Source of the DNA: Eledone cirrhosa
Taxonomy: Eukaryota
Assembly (NCBI GenBank): GCA_964016885.1
Contig: OZ024740.1
Span: 421,662,001 to 421,726,000, forward strand
Reading direction: 5' to 3'
DNA length: 64,000 bases
Made by a program: the position numbers and the translations under genes. Of this stretch, positions 45,301-60,300 are shown piece by piece. Below the pieces are notes generated by a model. That model was given only the letters and a program-made list of their open reading frames with translations. It was not told the DNA's origin and did not search any database. Positions within the stretch are counted from its first letter, which is position 1. Every line of letters begins with the position of its first letter.

Positions 45301-48300
45301 AGATATGTGTGTCATATTAAACCTACATAGAAAGGTGAATTAACTTAGATATATGTGTCATATTAAACCTAAATAGAAAGGTGGATTAACATAGATATAT
45401 GTGTCATATTAAACCTACATAGAAAGGTGAATTAACTTAGATATGTGTCATATTAAACCTACATAGAAAGGTGGATTAACTTAGATAGGTGTGTCATATT
45501 AAACCTACATAGAAAGGTGAATTAACTTAGATATATGTGTCATATTAAACCTACATAGAAAGGTGAATTAACTTAGATATATGTGTCATATTAAACCAAC
45601 ATAGAAAGGTGGATTAACATAGATATACGTGTCATATTAAACCTACATAGAAAGGTGGATTAATATAGATATATGTGTCATATTAAACCTAAATAGAAAG
45701 GTGGATTAACATAGATATATGTGTCATATTAAACCTACATAGAAAGGTGAATTAACTTAGATATATGTGTCATATTAAACCTACATAGAAAGGTGGATTA
45801 ACATAGATATATGTGTCATATTAAACCTACATAGAAAGGTGAATTAACTTAGATATATGTGTCATATTAAACCTACATAGAAAGGTGAATTAACTTAGAT
45901 ATATGTGTCATATTAAACCTACATAGAAAGGTGGATTAACATAGATATATGTGTCATATTAAACCTACATAGAAAGGTGAATGAACTTAGATATATGTGT
46001 CATATTAAACCTTCATAGAAAGGTGGATTAACTTAGATATGTGTGTCATATTAAACCTAAATAGAAGGGTGGATTAACATAGATATATGTGTCATATTAA
46101 ACCTACATAGAAAGGTGGAGTAACATAGATATATGTGTCATATTAAACCTACATAGAAAGGTGGATTAACATAGATATATGTGTCATATTAAACCTACAT
46201 AGAAAGGTGGATTAACATAGATATACGTGTCATATTAAACCTACATAGAAAGGTGGATTAACTTAGATATGTGTGTCATATTAAACCTAAATAGAAAGGT
46301 GGATTAACATAGATATATGTGTCATATTAAACCTACATAGAAAGGTGAATTAACTTAGATATGTGTCATATTAAACCTTCATGGAAAGGTGGATTAACAT
46401 AGATATATGTGTCATATTAAACCTACATAGAAAGGTGGATTAACATAGATATATGTGTCATATTAAACCTACATAGAAAGGTGGAGTAACATAGATATAT
46501 GTGTCATATTAAACCTACATAGAAAGGTGGATTAACATAGATATATGTGTCATATAAAACCAACATAGAAAGGTGGATTAACATAGATATACGTGTCATA
46601 TTAAACCTACATAGAAAGGTGAATTAACTTAGATATATGTGTCATATTAAACCTACATAGAAAGGTGGATTAACATAGATATATGTGTCATATTAAACCT
46701 ACATAGAAAGGTGGATTAACATAGATATATGTGTCATATTAAACCTACATAGAAAGGTGAATTAACTTAGATATATGTGTCATATTAAACCTACATAGAA
46801 AGGTGAATTAACTTAGATATATGTGTCATATTAAACCTACATAGAAAGGTGGATTAACATAGATATATGTGTCATATTAAACCTACATAGAAAGGTGAAT
46901 TAACTTAGATATATGTGTCATATTAAACCAACATAGAAAGGTGGATTAACATAGATATACGTGTCATATTAAACCTACATAGAAAGGTGAATTAACGTAG
47001 ATATATGTGTCATATTAAACCTACATAGAAAGGTGGATTAATATAGATATATGTGTCATATTAAACCTACATAGAAAGGTGGATTAACATAGATATATGT
47101 GTCATATTAAACCTACATAGAAAGGTGAATTAACTTAGATATATGTGTCATATTAAACCTACATAGAAAGGTAGATTAACTTAGATATATGTGTCATATT
47201 AAACCTACATAGAAAGATGAATTAACTTAGATATATGTGTCATATTAAACCTACATAGAAAGGTGAATTAACTTAGATATATGTGTCATATTAAACCTAC
47301 ATAGAAAGGTGGATTAACTTAGATATGTGTGTCATATTAAACCTACATAGAAAGGTGAATTAACTTAGATATATGTGTCATATTAAACCTAAATAGAAAG
47401 GTGGATTAACATAGATATATGTGTCATATTAAACCTACATAGAAAGGTGAATTAACTTAGATATATGTGTCATATTAAACCTTCATGGAAAGGTGGATTA
47501 ACATAGATATATGTGTCATATTAAACCTACATAGAAAGGTGGATTAACATAGATATATGTGTCATATTAAACCTTCATAGAAAGGTGAATTAACTTAGAT
47601 ATATGTGTCATATTAAACCTACATAGAAAGGTGGATTAACATAGATATATGTGTCATATTAAACCTACATAGAAAGGTGGATTAACATAGATATATGTGT
47701 CATATTAAACCTACATAGAAAGGTGAATTAACTTAGATATGTGTCATATTAAACCTACATAGAAAGGTGGATTAACTTAGATAGGTGTGTCATATTAAAC
47801 CTACATAGAAAGGTGAATTAACTTAGATATATGTGTCATATTAAACCTACATAGAAAGGTGAATTAACTTAGATATATGTGTCATATTAAACCAACATAG
47901 AAAGGTGGATTAACATAGATATACGTGTCATATTAAACCTACATAGAAAGGTGGATTAATATAGATATATGTGTCATATTAAACCTACATAGAAAGGTGG
48001 ATTAACATAGATATATGTGTCATATTAAACCTACATAGAAAGGTGAATTAACTTAGATATATGTGTCATATTAAACCTACATAGAAAGGTGGATTAACAT
48101 AGATATATGTGTCATATTAAACCTACATAGAAAGGTGAATTAACTTAGATATATGTGTCATATTAAACCTACATAGAAAGGTGAATTAACTTAGATATAT
48201 GTGTCATATTAAACCTACATAGAAAGGTGGATTAACATAGATATATGTGTCATATTAAACCTACATAGAAAGGTGAATTAACTTAGATATATGTGTCATA

Positions 48301-51300
48301 TTAAACCAACATAGAAAGGTGGATTAACATAGATATACGTGTCATATTAAACCTACATAGAAAGGTGTATTAACTTAGATATATGTGTCATATTAAACCT
48401 ACATAGAAAGGTGGATTAATATAGATATATGTGTCATATTAAACCTACATAGAAAGGTGGATTAACATAGATATATGTGTCATATTAAACCTACATAGAA
48501 AGGTGAATTAACTTAGATATATGTGTCATATTAAACCTACATAGAAAGGTGGATTAACTTAGATATATGTGTCATATTAAACCTACATAGAAAGATGAAT
48601 TAACTTAGATATATGTGTCATATTAAACCTACATAGAAAGGTGGATTAACATAGATATATGTGTCATATTAAACCTACATAGAAAGGTGGATTAACATAG
48701 ATATATGTGTCATATTAAACCTACATAGAAAGGTGGAGTAACATAGATATATGTGTCATATTAAACCTACATAGAAAGGTGGATTAACATAGATATATGT
48801 GTCATATAAAACCAACATAGAAAGGTGGATTAACATAGATATACGTGTCATATTAAACCTACATAGAAAGGTGAATTAACTTAGATATATGTGTCATATT
48901 AAACCTACATAGAAAGGTGGATTAACATAGATATATCTGTCATATTAAACCTACATAGAAAGGTGGATTAACATAGATATATGTGTCATATTAAACCTAC
49001 ATAGAAAGGTGAATTAACTTAGATATATGTGTCATATTAAACCTACATAGAAAGGTGAATTAACTTAGATATATGTGTCATATTAAACCTACATAGAAAG
49101 GTGGATTAACATAGATATATGTGTCATATTAAACCTACATAGAAAGGTGAATTAACTTAGATATATGTGTCATATTAAACCAACATAGAAAGGTGGATTA
49201 ACATAGATATACGTGTCATATTAAACCTACATAGAAAGGTGGATTAACATAGATATATGTGTCATATAAAACCAACATAGAAAGGTGGATTAACATAGAT
49301 ATACGTGTCATATTAAACCTACATAGAAAGGTGAATTAACTTAGATATATGTGTCATATTAAACCTACATAGAAAGGTGGATTAACATAGATATATGTGT
49401 CATATTAAACCTACATAGAAAGGTGGATTAACATAGATATATGTGTCATATTAAACCTACATAGAAAGGTGAATTAACTTAGATATATGTGTCATATTAA
49501 ACCTACATAGAAAGGTGAACTAACTTAGATATATGTGTCATATTAAACCTACATAGAAAGGTGGATTAACATAGATATATGTGTCATATTAAACCTACAT
49601 AGAAAGGTGAATTAACTTAGATATATGTGTCATATTAAACCAACATAGAAAGGTGGATTAACATAGATATACGTGTCATATTAAACCTACATAGAAAGGT
49701 GAATTAACTTAGATATATGTGTCATATTAAACCTACATAGAAAGGTGGATTAATATAGATATATGTGTCATATTAAACCTACATAGAAAGGTGGATTAAC
49801 ATAGATATATGTGTCATATTAAACCTACATAGAAAGGTGAATTAACTTAGATATATGTGTCATATTAAACCTACATAGAAAGGTAGATTAACTTAGATAT
49901 ATGTGTCATATTAAACCTACATAGAAAGATGAATTAACTTAGATATATGTGTCATATTAAACCTACATAGAAAGGTGAATTAACTTAGATATATGTGTCA
50001 TATTAAACCTACATAGAAAGGTGGATTAACTTAGATATGTGTGTCATATTAAACCTACATAGAAAGGTGAATTAACTTAGATATATGTGTCATATTAAAC
50101 CTAAATAGAAAGGTGGATTAACATAGATATATGTGTCATATTAAACCTACATAGAAAGGTGAATTAACTTAGATATGTGTCATATTAAACCTACATAGAA
50201 AGGTGGATTAACTTAGATAGGTGTGTCATATTAAACCTACATAGAAAGGTGAATTAACTTAGATATATGTGTCATATTAAACCTACATAGAAAGGTGAAT
50301 TAACTTAGATATATGTGTCATATTAAACCAACATAGAAAGGTGGATTAACATAGATATACGTGTCATATTAAACCTACATAGAAAGGTGGATTAATATAG
50401 ATATATGTGTCATATTAAACCTACATAGAAAGGTGGATTAACATAGATATATGTGTCATATTAAACCTACATAGAAAGGTGGATTAACATAGATATATGT
50501 GTCATATTAAACCTACATAGAAAGGTGGATTAACATAGATATACGTGTCATATTAAACCTACATAGAAAGGTGGATTAACTTAGATATGTGTGTCATATT
50601 AAACCTAAATAGAAAGGTGGATTAACATAGATATATGTGTCATATTAAACCTACATAGAAAGGTGAATTAACTTAGATATGTGTCATATTAAACCTTCAT
50701 GGAAAGGTGGATTAACATAGATATATGTGTCATATTAAACCTACATAGAAAGGTGGATTAACATAGATATATGTGTCATATTAAACCTACATAGAAAGGT
50801 GAATTAACTTAGATATATGTGTCATATTAAACCTACATAGAAAGGTGAATTAACTTAGATATATGTGTCATATTAAACCTACATAGAAAGGTGGATTAAC
50901 ATAGATATATGTGTCATATTAAACCTACATAGAAAGGTGAATTAACTTAGATATATGTGTCATATTAAACCAACATAGAAAGGTGGATTAACATAGATAT
51001 ACGTGTCATATTAAACCTACATAGAAAGGTGAATTAACGTAGATATATGTGTCATATTAAACCTACATAGAAAGGTGGATTAATATAGATATATGTGTCA
51101 TATTAAACCTACATAGAAAGGTGGATTAACATAGATATATGTGTCATATTAAACCTACATAGAAAGGTGAATTAACTTAGATATATGTGTCATATTAAAC
51201 CTACATAGAAAGGTAGATTAACTTAGATATATGTGTCATATTAAACCTACATAGAAAGATGAATTAACTTAGATATATGTGTCATATTAAACCTACATAG

Positions 51301-54300
51301 AAAGGTGAATTAACTTAGATATATGTGTCATATTAAACCTACATAGAAAGGTGGATTAACTTAGATATGTGTGTCATATTAAACCTACATAGAAAGGTGA
51401 ATTAACTTAGATATATGTGTCATATTAAACCTAAATAGAAAGGTGGATTAACATAGATATATGTGTCATATTAAACCTGCATAGAAAGGTGAATTAACTT
51501 AGATATATGTGTCATATTAAACCTTCATGGAAAGGTGGATTAACATAGATATATGTGTCATATTAAACCTACATAGAAAGGTGGATTAACATAGATATAT
51601 GTGTCATATTAAACCTTCATAGAAAGGTGAATTAACTTAGATATATGTGTCATATTAAACCTACATAGAAAGGTGGATTAACATAGATATATGTGTCATA
51701 TTAAACCTACATAGAAAGGTGGATTAACATAGATATATGTGTCATATTAAACCTACATAGAAAGGTGAATTAACTTAGATATGTGTCATATTAAACCTAC
51801 ATAGAAAGGTGGATTAACTTAGATAGGTGTGTCATATTAAACCTACATAGAAAGGTGAATTAACTTAGATATATGTGTCATATTAAACCTACATAGAAAG
51901 GTGAATTAACTTAGATATATGTGTCATATTAAACCAACATAGAAAGGTGGATTAACATAGATATACGTGTCATATTAAACCTACATAGAAAGGTGGATTA
52001 ATATAGATATATGTGTCATATTAAACCTACATAGAAAGGTGGATTAACATAGATATATGTGTCATATTAAACCTACATAGAAAGGTGAATTAACTTAGAT
52101 ATATGTGTCATATTAAACCTACATAGAAAGGTGGATTAACATAGATATATGTGTCATATTAAACCTACATAGAAAGGTGAATTAACTTAGATATATGTGT
52201 CATATTAAACCTACATAGAAAGGTGAATTAACTTAGATATATGTGTCATATTAAACCTACATAGAAAGGTGGATTAACATAGATATATGTGTCATATTAA
52301 ACCTACATAGAAAGGTGAATTAACTTAGATATATGTGTCATATTAAACCAACATAGAAAGGTGGATTAACATAGATATACGTGTCATATTAAACCTACAT
52401 AGAAAGGTGTATTAACTTAGATATATGTGTCATATTAAACCTACATAGAAAGGTGGATTAATATAGATATATGTGTCATATTAAACCTACATAGAAAGGT
52501 GGATTAACATAGATATATGTGTCATATTAAACCTACATAGAAAGGTGAATTAACTTAGATATATGTGTCATATTAAACCTACATAGAAAGGTGGATTAAC
52601 TTAGATATATGTGTCATATTAAACCTACATAGAAAGATGAATTAACTTAGATATATGTGTCATATTAAACCTACATAGAAAGGTGGATTAACATAGATAT
52701 ATGTGTCATATTAAACCTACATAGAAAGGTGGATTAACATAGATATATGTGTCATATTAAACCTACATAGAAAGGTGGAGTAACATAGATATATGTGTCA
52801 TATTAAACCTACATAGAAAGGTGGATTAACATAGATATATGTGTCATATAAAACCAACATAGAAAGGTGGATTAACATAGATATACGTGTCATATTAAAC
52901 CTACATAGAAAGGTGAATTAACTTAGATATATGTGTCATATTAAACCTACATAGAAAGGTGGATTAACATAGATATATGTGTCATATTAAACCTACATAG
53001 AAAGGTGGATTAACATAGATATATGCGTCATATTAAACCTACATAGAAAGGTGAATTAACTTAGATATATGTGTCATATTAAACCTACATAGAAAGGTGA
53101 ATTAACTTAGATATATGTGTCATATTAAACCTACATAGAAAGGTGGATTAACATAGATATATGTGTCATATTAAACCTACATAGAAAGGTGAATTAACTT
53201 AGATATATGTGTCATATTAAACCAACATAGAAAGGTGGATTAACATAGATATACGTGTCATATTAAACCTACATAGAAAGGTGAATTAACTTAGATATAT
53301 GTGTCATATTAAACCTACATAGAAAGGTGGATTAATATAGATATATGTGTCATATTAAACCTACATAGAAAGGTGGATTAACATAGATATATGTGTCATA
53401 TTAAACCTACATAGAAAGGTGAATTAACTTAGATATATGTGTCATATTAAACCTACATAGAAAGGTGGATTAACTTAGATATATGTGTCATATTAAACCT
53501 ACATAGAAAGATGAATTAACTTAGATATATGTGTCATATTAAACCTACATAGAAAGGTGAATTAACTTAGATATATGTGTCATATTAAACCTACATAGAA
53601 AGGTGGATTAACTTAGATATGTGTGTCATATTAAACCTACATAGAAAGGTGAATTAACTTAGATATATGTGTCATATTAAACCTAAATAGAAAGGTGGAT
53701 TAACATAGATATATGTGTCATATTAAACCTACATAGAAAGGTGAATTAACTTAGATATATGTGTCATATTAAACCTTCATGGAAAGGTGGATTAACATAG
53801 ATATATGTGTCATATTAAACCTACATAGAAAGGTGGATTAACATAGATATATGTGTCATATTAAACCTTCATAGAAAGGTGAATTAACTTAGATATATGT
53901 GTCATATTAAACCTACATAGAAAGGTGGATTAACATAGATATATGTGTCATATTAAACCTACATAGAAAGGTGGATTAACATAGATATATGTGTCATATT
54001 AAACCTACATAGAAAGGTGAATTAACTTAGATATGTGTCATATTAAACCTACATAGAAAGGTGGATTAACTTAGATAGGTGTGTCATATTAAACCTAAAT
54101 AGAAAGGTGGATTAACATAGATATATGTGTCATATTAAACCTACATAGAAAGGTGAATTAACTTAGATATGTGTCATATTAAACCTTCATGGAAAGGTGG
54201 ATTAACATAGATATGTGTGTCATATTAAACCTACATAGAAAGGTGGATTAACATAGATATATGTGTCATATTAAACCTACATAGAAAGGTGGAGTAACAT

Positions 54301-57300
54301 AGATATATGTGTCATATTAAACCTACATAGAAAGGTGGATTAACATAGATATATGTGTCATATTAAACCAACATAGAAAGGTGGATTAACATAGATATAC
54401 GTGTCATATTAAACCTACATAGAAAGGTGAATTAACTTAGATATATGTGTCATATTAAACCTACATAGAAAGGTGGATTAACATAGATATATGTGTCATA
54501 TTAAACATACATAGAAAGGTGGATTAACATAGATATATGTGTCATATTAAACCTACATAGAAAGGTGAATTAACTTAGATATATGTGTCATATTAAACCT
54601 ACATAGAAAGGTGAATTAACTTAGATATATGTGTCATATTAAACCTACATAGAAAGGTGGATTAACATAGATATATGTGTCATATTAAACCTACATAGAA
54701 AGGTGAATTAACTTAGATATATGTGTCATATTAAACCATAGAAAGGTGGATTAACATAGATATACGTGTCATATTAAACCTACATAGAAAGGTGAATTAA
54801 CTTAGATATATGTGTCATATTAAACCAACATAGAAAGGTGGATTAACATACATATATGTGTCATATTAAACCTACATAGAAAGGTGAATTAACTTAGATA
54901 TATGTGTCATATTAAACTTACATAGAAAGGTGGATTAACTTAGATATATGTGTCATATTAAACCTACATAGAAAGGTGAATTAACTTAGATATATGTGTC
55001 ATATTAAACCTAAATAGAAAGGTGGATTAACATAGATATATGTGTCATATTAAACCTACATAGAAAGGTGAATTAACTTAGATATGTGTCATATTAAACC
55101 TTCATGGAAAGGTGGATTAACTTAGATATGTGTGTCATATTAAACCTAAATGGAAGGGTGGATTAACATAGATATATGTGTCATATTAAACCTACATAGA
55201 AAGGTGAATTAACTTAGATATATGTGTCATATTAAACCTACATAGAAAGGTGAATTAACTTAGATATATGTGTCATATTAAACCTACATAGAAAGGTGGA
55301 TTAACTTAGATATGTGTGTCATATTAAACCTACATAGAAAGATGAATTAACTTAGATATATGTGTCATATTAAACCTAAATAGAAAGGTGGATTAACATA
55401 GATATATGTGTCATATTAAACCTTCATGGAAAGGTGGATTACCATAGATATATGTGTCATATTAAACCTACATAGAAAGGTGGATTAACATAGATATATG
55501 TGTCATATTAAACCTTCATAGAAAGGTGGATTAACTTAGATATGTGTGTCATATTAAACCTAAATAGAAGGGTGGATTAACATAGATATATGTGTCATAT
55601 TAAACCTAAATAGAAAGGTGGATTAACATAGATATATGTGTCATATTAAACCTACATAGAAAGGTGAATTAACTTAGATATGTGTCATATTAAACCTTCA
55701 TCGAAAGGTGGATTAACATAGATATATGTGTCATATTAAACCTACATAGAAAGGTGGATTAACATAGATATATGTGTCATATTAAACCTACATAGAAAGG
55801 TGGATTAACATAGATATATGTGTCATATTAAACCTACATAGAAAGGTGAATTAACTTAGATATATGTGTCATATTAAACCTACATAGAAAGGTAGATTAA
55901 CTTAGATATATGTGTCATATTAAACCTACATAGAAAGATGAATTAACTTAGATATATGTGTCATATTAAACCTACATAGAAAGGTGAATTAACTTAGATA
56001 TATGTGTCATATTAAACCAACATAGAAAGGTGGATTAACATAGATATACGTGTCATATTAAACCTACATAGAAAGGTGGATTAATATAGATATATGTGTC
56101 ATATTAAACCTACATAGAAAGGTGGATTAACATAGATATATGTGTCATATTAAACCTACATAGAAAGGTGAATTAACTTAGATATATGTGTCATATTAAA
56201 CCTACATAGAAAGGTGGATTAACATAGATATATGTGTCATATTAAACCTACATAGAAAGGTGAATTAACTTAGATATATGTGTCATATTAAACCTACATA
56301 GAAAGGTGAATTAACTTAGATATATGTGTCATATTAAACCTACATAGAAAGGTGGATTAGCATAGATATATGTGTCATATTAAACCTACATAGAAAGGTG
56401 AATTAACTTAGATATATGTGTCATATTAAACCAACATAGAAAGGTGGATTAACATAGATATACGTGTCATATTAAACCTACATAGAAAGGTGTATTAACT
56501 TAGATATATGTGTCATATTAAACCTACATAGAAAGGTGGATTAATATAGATATATGTGTCATATTAAACCTACATAGAAAGGTGGATTAACATAGATATA
56601 TGTGTCATATTAAACCTACATAGAAAGGTGAATTAACTTAGATATATGTGTCATATTAAACCTACATAGAAAGGTGGATTAACTTAGATATATGTGTCAT
56701 ATTAAACCTACATAGAAAGATGAATTAACTTAGATATATGTGTCATATTAAACCTACATAGAAAGGTGGATTAACATAGATATATGTGTCATATTAAACC
56801 TACATAGAAAGGTGGATTAACATAGATATATGTGTCATATTAAACCTACATAGAAAGGTGGAGTAACATAGATATATGTGTCATATTAAACCTACATAGA
56901 AAGGTGGATTAACATAGATATATGTGTCATATAAAACCAACATAGAAAGGTGGATTAACATAGATATACGTGTCATATTAAACCTACATAGAAAGGTGAA
57001 TTAACTTAGATATATGTGTCATATTAAACCTACATAGAAAGGTGGATTAACATAGATATATGTGTCATATTAAACCTACATAGAAAGGTGGATTAACATA
57101 GATATATGCGTCATATTAAACCTACATAGAAAGGTGAATTAACTTAGATATATGTGTCATATTAAACCTACATAGAAAGGTGAATTAACTTAGATATATG
57201 TGTCATATTAAACCTACATAGAAAGGTGGATTAACATAGATATATGTGTCATATTAAACCTACATAGAAAGGTGAATTAACTTAGATATATGTGTCATAT

Positions 57301-60300
57301 TAAACCAACATAGAAAGGTGGATTAACATAGATATACGTGTCATATTAAACCTACATAGAAAGGTGAATTAACTTAGACATATGTGTCATATTAAACCTA
57401 CATAGAAAGGTGGATTAATATAGATATATGTGTCATATTAAACCTACATAGAAAGGTGGATTAACATAGATATATGTGTCATATTAAACCTACATAGAAA
57501 GGTGAATTAACTTAGATATATGTGTCATATTAAACCTACATAGAAAGGTGGATTAACTTAGATATATGTGTCATATTAAACCTACATAGAAAGATGAATT
57601 AACTTAGATATATGTGTCATATTAAACCTACATAGAAAGGTGAATTAACTTAGATATATGTGTCATATTAAACCTACATAGAAAGGTGGATTAACATAGA
57701 TATATGTGTCATATTAAACCTACATAGAAAGGTGGATTAACATAGATATATGTGTCATATTAAACCTACATAGAAAGGTGAATTAACTTAGATATGTGTC
57801 ATATTAAACCTACATAGAAAGGTGGATTAACTTAGATAGGTGTGTCATATTAAACCTAAATAGAAAGGTGGATTAACATAGATATATGTGTCATATTAAA
57901 CCTACATAGAAAGGTGAATTAACTTAGATATGTGTCATATTAAACCTTCATGGAAAGGTGGATTAACATAGATATATGTGTCATATTAAACCTACATAGA
58001 AAGGTGGATTAACATAGATATATGTGTCATATTAAACCTACATAGAAAGGTGGAGTAACATAGATATATGTGTCATATTAAACCTACATAGAAAGGTGGA
58101 TTAACATAGATATATGTGTCATATTAAACCAACATAGAAAGGTGGATTAACATAGATATACGTGTCATATTAAACCTACATAGAAAGGTGAATTAACTTA
58201 GATATATGTGTCATATTAAACCTACATAGAAAGGTGGATTAACATAGATATATGTGTCATATTAAACATACATAGAAAGGTGGATTAACATAGATATATG
58301 TGTCATATTAAACCTACATAGAAAGGTGAATTAACTTAGATATATGTGTCATATTAAACTTACATAGAAAGGTGAATTAACTTAGATATATGTGTCATAT
58401 TAAACCTACATAGAAAGGTGGATTAACATAGATATATGTGTCATATTAAACCTACATAGAAAGGTGAATTAACTTAGATATATGTGTCATATTAAACCAT
58501 AGAAAGGTGGATTAACATAGATATACGTGTCATATTAAACCTACATAGAAAGGTGAATTAACTTAGATATATGTGTCATATTAAACCAACATAGAAAGGT
58601 GGATTAACATACATATATGTGTCATATTAAACCTACATAGAAAGGTGAATTAACTTAGATATATGTGTCATATTAAACTTACATAGAAAGGTGGATTAAC
58701 TTAGATATATGTGTCATATTAAACCTACATAGAAAGGTGAATTAACTTAGATATATGTGTCATATTAAACCTAAATAGAAAGGTGGATTAACATAGATAT
58801 ATGTGTCATATTAAACCTACATAGAAAGGTGAATTAACTTAGATATGTGTCATATTAAACCTTCATGGAAAGGTGGATTAACTTAGATATGTGTGTCATA
58901 TTAAACCTAAATGGAAGGGTGGATTAACATAGATATATGTGTCATATTAAACCTACATAGAAAGGTGAATTAACTTAGATATATGTGTCATATTAAACCT
59001 ACATAGAAAGGTGAATTAACTTAGATATATGTGTCATATTAAACCTACATAGAAAGGTGGATTAACTTAGATATGTGTGTCATATTAAACCTACATAGAA
59101 AGATGAATTAACTTAGATATATGTGTCATATTAAACCTAAATAGAAAGGTGGATTAACATAGATATATGTGTCATATTAAACCTACATAGAAAGGTGAAT
59201 TAACTTAGATATATGTGTCATATTAAACCTTCATGGAAAGGTGGATTACCATAGATATATGTGTCATATTAAACCTACATAGAAAGGTGGATTAACATAG
59301 ATATATGTGTCATATTAAACCTTCATAGAAAGGTGGATTAACTTAGATATGTGTGTCATATTAAACCTAAATAGAAGGGTGGATTAACATAGATATATGT
59401 GTCATATTAAACCTAAATAGAAAGGTGGATTAACATAGATATATGTGTCATATTAAACCTACATAGAAAGGTGAATTAACTTAGATATGTGTCATATTAA
59501 ACCTTCATCGAAAGGTGGATTAACATAGATATATGTGTCATATTAAACCTACATAGAAAGGTGGATTAACATAGATATATGTGTCATATTAAACCTACAT
59601 AGAAAGGTGGATTAACATAGATATATGTGTCATATTAAACCTACATAGAAAGGTGAATTAACTTAGATATATGTGTCATATTAAACCTACATAGAAAGGT
59701 AGATTAACTTAGATATATGTGTCATATTAAACCTACATAGAAAGATGAATTAACTTAGATATATGTGTCATATTAAACCTACATAGAAAGGTGAATTAAC
59801 TTAGATATATGTGTCATATTAAACCTACATGGAAAGGTGGATTAACATAGATATATGTGTCATATTAAACCTACATAGAAAGGTGGATTAACATAGATAT
59901 ATGTGTCATATTAAACCTACATAGAAAGGTGGAGTAACATAGATATATGTGTCATATTAAACCTACATAGAAAGGTGGATTAACATAGATATATGTGTCA
60001 TATAAAACCAACATAGAAAGGTGGATTAACATAGATATACGTGTCATATTAAACCTACATAGAAAGGTGAATTAACTTAGATATATGTGTCATATTAAAC
60101 CTACATAGAAAGGTGGATTAACATAGATATATGTGTCATATTAAACCTACATAGAAAGGTGGATTAACATAGATAAATGTGTCATATTAAACCTACATAG
60201 AAAGGTGAATTAACTTAGATATATGTGTCATATTAAACCTACATAGAAAGGTGAACTAACTTAGATATATGTGTCATATTAAACCTACATAGAAAGGTGG

